The position numbers and the translations under genes are program-made. From contig OX597835.1 of assembly GCA_951406725.2 (NCBI GenBank), forward strand, positions 17,980,001 to 18,044,000: 64,000 nt of DNA, written 5' to 3'. How positions within the stretch are numbered: the first letter of the stretch is position 1; each line of letters begins with the position of its first letter. The notes under the pieces were generated by a model. The model was not told the DNA's origin, did no database searches, and was given only the letters and a program-made list of their open reading frames with translations. Shown one piece after another: positions 57,389-64,000 of the stretch. The stretch is from Octopus vulgaris (lineage: Eukaryota).

Positions 57389-57624
57389 TCCAACACCACA
57401 CGGAGTAACGCGTACCTAACTCTCTTATACCATTAACACAGCTGGTTGCAAATAATATACGGTCACCTACAACATGTAGCATAGCAGCTTCTAGGAGTCC
57501 CCTGATAGGCATCTGCCATATACTAAATATAGATATTTATGTATGTATGCATCTGTCAGTCTGTCTTTCTTTTTCTTTCATTGTTTCTTTCCTATCTCTG
57601 TATCTCTGTATCTATCAATCTATC

Positions 57625-57667
<43 letters not shown>

Positions 57668-57668
57668 A

Positions 57669-57711
<43 letters not shown>

Positions 57712-57738
57712 ATATATTTATCTATCTATCAAGCAAAC

Positions 57739-57791
<53 letters not shown>

Positions 57792-58011
57792 TACAAAATT
57801 AGAAAATGGAGAAACATACTTAAATCAATAAAACATCAACAATCAGATGATACCCAATCAATACTTTATTACACCATTACATATCAGTAAAGGCATTATA
57901 CAAAATATATTATAAATAAATATACAAGGAAATAGAAATACCGGAGTAAACACATAAATGTGAAACAAGGTGGAAAAAAGAGTACTCAAATACCAGGGGT
58001 AAAGTAATATG

Positions 58012-58084
58012 CTTTATTTAAAAGCAGCAGAAAATTCAACAAAGTAACAGGTTTTGTTGAATTTTCTGCTGCTTTTAAATAAAG
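58012..58084. repeat. Fold-back end of a hammerhead-family element
   Basis: ctttatttaaaagcagcagaaaattcaacaaa-gtaacaggt-tttgttgaattttctgctgcttttaaataaag. The right part matches 60681-60720. Confidence 0.9.
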
Positions 58085-58768
58085 TATATATACATATATA
58101 AGTATTGGGGTAGATATCTTCGACCAACATGCTCAAGGTGGTACCGCAGTAGGGCTGTGGTCAAATGACTGAAAGAAGACAAAAAGAGAAAAGATTAAAG
58201 ATAGCTAGTTTTGGTTAAAGAATGACTATAACAATGACAGCAATAATATCTTCAGTGCCTTTGAAAATATAATATTGTATAAAATAATTGAAAGCTTTAG
58301 AATCCGTAAAATTTCCCATTCTTAAATATAGAAATATTTTAATTCCACTCCAAAGGTTTAACTTAATATGCAACCACGCATTAAGAGGCTACGGAACAGT
58401 GGAACGGATGTGAACAAAAGGCACGCTAATGGCATCAACATGTGAATTGGTTTCCTGCAGTGCCAGCAAATAAAGTGTCAAACTGAGATTGTAAGAGACT
58501 TTGATGAATATATATAAATTAAAATCCTTTACTGAAAAGGTTTATGACATCGTTGCTGCAAGAAGGGAGAATAAGAATATCCAGATGTCAAAGGGAATAT
58601 TAAATCGTAAAGGTTAGAATAGAACTTCAGGTGAAAGTTATATTAATTAAATTTAAATAAGCCTCAGGATTTAGTAATAATCTTTCATCTAACTATCTAT
58701 ATATCATGTTTAAAATCTCTATATACGTATTAATACATTTAGCTCGCTCGCTAGCTGATTAAATACGC

Positions 58769-58810
<42 letters not shown>

Positions 58811-58909
58811 GTGTGTGCATATATATATATATGCATGTGTGTCTCTATGTATGTATGTATCTATCAATATACATCTATGCACATATATATCGGTACATAC
58901 ATACACACT

Positions 58910-58944
<35 letters not shown>

Positions 58945-59005
58945 TTATATACGTATAAACATTTCTATGTATGTATGTATATGTATATATGTATAAATAT
59001 ATATG

Positions 59006-59067
<62 letters not shown>

Positions 59068-59383
59068 CATATATACATATATTTATGTACGTATAAATAT
59101 TTATATGTATGTATGTATGTATATATATATATATATATATAGTAAGCCTAAGTTTCAGTCACTGTCTCCGTGTCTCTATTATTGTCTACAGACGCACTCT
59201 CTAACACAAGCGCGCACTATAATTCAGACATGGACGCACAATCACACACAAGGATATACATTTCTACATTCGATGACAGGATCATAGACACTATTAATAC
59301 AGGGGAATCCGTACACTAGCTCAATTCATATACAGAATATGCACAATCATACTTTATGGTGTGTGTGCATATATCTATATCTA

Positions 59384-59943
<560 letters not shown>

Positions 59944-60020
59944 GATCGCCATGTTGATTCGTTAGCTACTGCACGCATTTTTTTCTCTCCTTCTTTCTGT
60001 GTTTTTTTTCTCTCTGTGTA

Positions 60021-60058
60021 TCTTTCTGTTGAAGAGCGTAGGCTCGAAACGTTAAAGA
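60021..60058 (+). ncRNA. Variant hammerhead-like motif
   Basis: TCTTT-CTGTTGAA-GAGC gtag GCTC-GAAA-CG-TT-AAAGA. Stems I and II are perfect; the core differs from CTGANGA. Confidence 0.5.
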
Positions 60059-60156
60059 CTTGTTTTATTTATATTTCCTGAGCGCCATACTAATACAATT
60101 GTTCGTTTGTTTTCCACCTGCCTTCGTCTTTTGTCTATTTTCATAAAGCTTCCCGT

Positions 60157-60189
<33 letters not shown>

Positions 60190-60588
60190 GCGAATTTTAG
60201 GTGTCATTTAGAGGCTAAAACACACATTTGCTTTGAAATATCTATATTTCATTATGTGCATATAAGCCTATTTGTATGCGCATATCTATACAAATTCACG
60301 CGCACAGTTACTTGTATTTAGATAGATCAGATAAGAGAATCGAGGTGACGGAAGAAATATTTATTCCATTCGATGACAGGTGTTTCATAATCTTATTAGT
60401 TATATAAGTAAGATTGCATCAGCATTCGCAGGTATATATATATATAACATACATAGTATTATAAATGTACGTCCATATATACAGGTGTGCTGAGAATGCT
60501 AAATAACTAACATTTGGAATAAATCCTGACTATATACATATACACACATACATACGGACATACACACATGCATGCATACATACATACA

Positions 60589-60642
<54 letters not shown>

Positions 60643-60649
60643 GCAAAAA

Positions 60650-60687
60650 CTGTCCTATGAACGGCAACGGGAAACTCAGAGTAACAG
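60650..60687 (+). ncRNA. Hammerhead-like motif, core partly mutated
   Basis: CTGT-CCTATGA-ACG gcaa CGG-GAAA-CTCAGAG-TA-ACAG. It lies in an ~80-bp insert between (TA)n tracts. Confidence 0.6.
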
Positions 60688-60723
60688 ATTTTGTTGAATT
60701 TTCTGCTGCTTTAAATAAAGAAA

Positions 60724-60822
<99 letters not shown>

Positions 60823-61327
60823 CATATATATCCAGGGCACAGAAACACATGTGGGTGTGATTGTGTATGTACTATATATATTGTACATACGTAGGCGTGG
60901 CAGTTTGAAAGAAAGTTCCCTCCCAACCACATAATTGCGAGTTCATTCTTATTGCATGATACCTTGTGCCTGCTATTATAAGCCTTGAACCGACAAGGCA
61001 CTCCTGAGTAGATTTCGTAAACGTAATCCTAGTTGTATACGGTTATATATAAATAAAGGAAACAACCTTCAAAGAAATCCGGAGTGTTGTCCCGTAGGCG
61101 GTTTAGTGTTCGACTCGACACTCTTCCGGCATCTCTTGCAACCAAGCTGGTGCCAAACGTAATGCTCTGCTCTCCTTTGGAGTACGTCAGCATAAGGTCG
61201 AGAGAGGAATCCTGACGATTGGGTTACCCAGGATTTTCTTACATCAAGCCCACGCCTACGCAAAACACATTTTACGCGCAACTCCATTGTCTCCCGAGAC
61301 GAAAGGATGCGGACAACATAAACAACA

Positions 61328-61364
<37 letters not shown>

Positions 61365-61895
61365 TACACACATATGTCAAATATCCATCCAGCTGTGTAT
61401 CTACCTATCTATCCATATATATATATACATATATATGTGTGTGTGTGTGATCTTTTCGTCTGACAACAAGTGTTGAGATGTTTTTAAGTCACCATTGCTT
61501 AGCAGTTCAGCAAATTGACGGTTAGAATAAGTGCCAGGCTTCAGAAACAAACAGAAATTATCATCGATTTGTGCGACTTAAAACTTTTCAAGGTGATCCC
61601 CGATAGTTTCCATGAAATGTCTGAAAGAAGTAAAAGAAAAATATACGTACGTACACAGACTACATTCATATTTACTACATCAAAACTTCTCATATGCACA
61701 CTGCCGTCTCATTCACAGTCACCTGCGTCTTTTCGTATTCCTATCGAGCGACTTTTGATATTCCTATCTTTGCATACTTTATATTTTGTCCTGTTTTTAG
61801 GAAACGAACCTATCTATCTATCTATGGATAGGAAGAAACTATAAAGTATATATATATATATATATATATGGATGAGGAAGAAACAGTAATAAAGT

Positions 61896-61970
<75 letters not shown>

Positions 61971-61978
61971 TATATATA

Positions 61979-62064
61979 CGAGGGGTATATGAAAAGTCTT
62001 TAGCCTTAAAAAGACTTATGATTGTAAAAGACTTTAAGGCACAAATGTTTACATACATCCCTCG
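61979..62064. mobile_element. Tiny mariner-type MITE (86 bp)
   Basis: TA-cgaggggtatatgaaaa ... tttacatacatccctcg-TA: mariner-like CGAGGG termini with TA flanks. Confidence 0.75.
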
Positions 62065-62292
62065 TACACACACACATACGCACACATAGGCACACACATA
62101 CATATATATGTATGTATGTATGTATGTATATATGAAGAGAAAGGGAGAGAGAAGGAGAGAGTATGAGAGAGAGAGAGAGAGAGAGAGTATTGTTTGAGCG
62201 TTTACGTGTAAGATTTTGTGTGTGCCCATATACATATTCATGCATGCTTTAATTTATATGTAGCGGGAGAGAATGCGGGAAAATGAGGGAGA

Positions 62293-62369
<77 letters not shown>

Positions 62370-62809
62370 GGGGAGAAGAAACAGAGAGTGTCTAAGAATG
62401 AGAGAATTTCTCAAATTGACACCAGATTGAAAGATGAGTCAACCATCTCTGTGTGATCCAATCGATTGATTAATGTTCTCAGTGAAGAGCAAAGAAAGAA
62501 GGAACTGATTCTTGTTTGTTAGACTTCGATCTGGATGTCAGTTCTGGTAAACATTTTATGTTGGTAAAATGAAAAAAAACAAAAAAAAAACAAGGCAAGA
62601 AATTTACTCGGTATTCGATTACTGAGTGTAGATTCGAAACTGTGTCTCCTGTTACTGTAAACTAACGGAAGCTAAGCCTGTACAAATGTCAGGAGATTTT
62701 GACAAAAAGACAAGATGCTGTGTAAACAAAAGTAAACGAGTTCTTCTATATCTCAGATTATATGTCTTTTTATTTCTGTTTTTTTTTGTTTGTTTTATGC
62801 ACCGAAGTT

Positions 62810-64000
62810 ATCGAGCTGGCAGAAACATTAGCACGCCGCTCAAAATGCTTAGCAGTATTCCGTCTGCCGTTACGTTCTGAGTTCAAATTCCGCCGAGGTT
62901 GACTGTGCCTTTCATCCTTTCGGGGTCGATAACTTAAGTACCAGTTACGCACTGGGGTCGATGTAATCGACTTAATCCGTTTGCCTGTCTTTCTTTTTTG
63001 GTCCCCTCTATGTTTAGCCCCATATGGGCAATAATGAAATGAACGTTAGGACGCCTCGCGAAATGCTTAGCGGTCTTTCGTCTGCCGTTACGTTATGAGT
63101 TCAAATTCCGCCGAGGTCGACTTTACTTTTCATCCTTTCAGGGTCGATTAAATATGTACCAGTTACGCCCTGGGGTCGATATAATCGACTTAATCCGTTT
63201 TTCTGTCCGTGTTTGTCCACTATGTGTTTAGCCCTTGTGGGTAGTAAACAAATAGGTATTTCGTTTGCCGCTACGTTCTGAGTTCAAATTCTGCCGAGGT
63301 CAACTTTACCTTTCATCCTTTCAGGGTAGATTAAATATGTACCACTTACGCACTGGGGTCCATATAATCGACTTAATCCGTTTGTCTGTCCTTGTTTGTC
63401 CACTATGTGTTTAGCCCTTGTGGGTAGTAAAGAAATAGGTATATCGTTTGCCGCTACGTTCTGAGTTCAAATTCGCCGAGGTCAACTTACCTTTCATCCT
63501 TTCAGGGTAGATTAAATATGTACCACTTACGCACTGGGGTCCATATAATCGACTTAATCCGTTTGTCTGTCCTTGTTTGTCCACTATGTGTTTAGCCCTT
63601 GTGGGTAGTAAAGAAATAGGTATATCGTTTGCCGCTACGTTCTGAGTTCAAATTCCGCCGAGGTCGACTTTACCTTTCATCCTTTCAGGGTCGATTAAAT
63701 ATGTACCAGTTACGCCCTGGGGTCCATATAATCGACTTAATCCGTTTGTCTGTCCTTGTTTGTCCACTATGTGTTTAGCCCTTGTGGGTAGTAAAGAAAT
63801 AGGTATATCGTTTGCCGCTACGTTCTGAGTTCAAATTCTGCCGAGGTCAACTTTACCTTTCATCCTTTCAGGGTCGATTAAATATGTACCACTTACGCAC
63901 TGGGGTCCATATAATCGACTTAATCCGTTTGTCTGTCCTTGTTTGTCCACTATGTGTTTAGCCCTTGTGGGTAGTAAAGAAATAGGTATATCGTTTGCCG
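62810..64000 (+). repeat. Tandem array of a family D SINE, ~183-bp unit, running off the window end
   Basis: The unit marker gccg(t/c)tacgtt occurs at 62866, 63084, 63267, 63450, 63631 and 63814, with a truncated gccg at 63997 (spacings 218, 183, 183, 181, 183, 183). Confidence 0.95.

Noticed and set aside
61060-61320. Possible R2-like C-terminal fragment on the minus strand, inside a family A SINE
   Set aside because: The resemblance (SRG.W...GL) needs several assumed frameshifts, so it is left unassigned.
62810-64000. CRISPR-like regular array
   Set aside because: Whole 183-bp units repeat with no unique spacers, there are no cas genes, and the unit is a eukaryotic SINE.

Overview
This is a gene-poor, AT-rich animal genomic window, and I find no intact protein-coding gene. 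Nearly all listed ORFs are translations of (TA)n, (TATC)n, (TG)n, (TAC)n or (ATT)n microsatellites. The tRNA-derived SINE families and microsatellite load look like an octopus (coleoid cephalopod) intron or intergenic region; this is inference from recalled repeat sequences. The window holds dozens of copies of four SINE head types. It also holds decayed transposon coding fragments: Helitron PIF1 helicase, Tc1, two mariners, pogo/Tigger, CR1-like and RTE-like LINEs, RLE-type non-LTR fragments and a Penelope-like GIY-YIG. There are two MITEs and a non-autonomous Helitron. Two signals stand out. (1) About ten type-I hammerhead-ribozyme-like motifs of several sequence families occur in short elements that mostly sit in or beside (TA)n tracts. 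Several related elements end in fold-back palindromes, and one palindrome starts almost exactly at a predicted hammerhead cleavage site. (2) A 183-bp SINE-derived tandem array has a tail-to-body junction that recurs in a separate, oppositely oriented copy 14 kb away, hinting at a circular or multimeric RNA template. Coordinates were read by eye, and TE boundaries are approximate.
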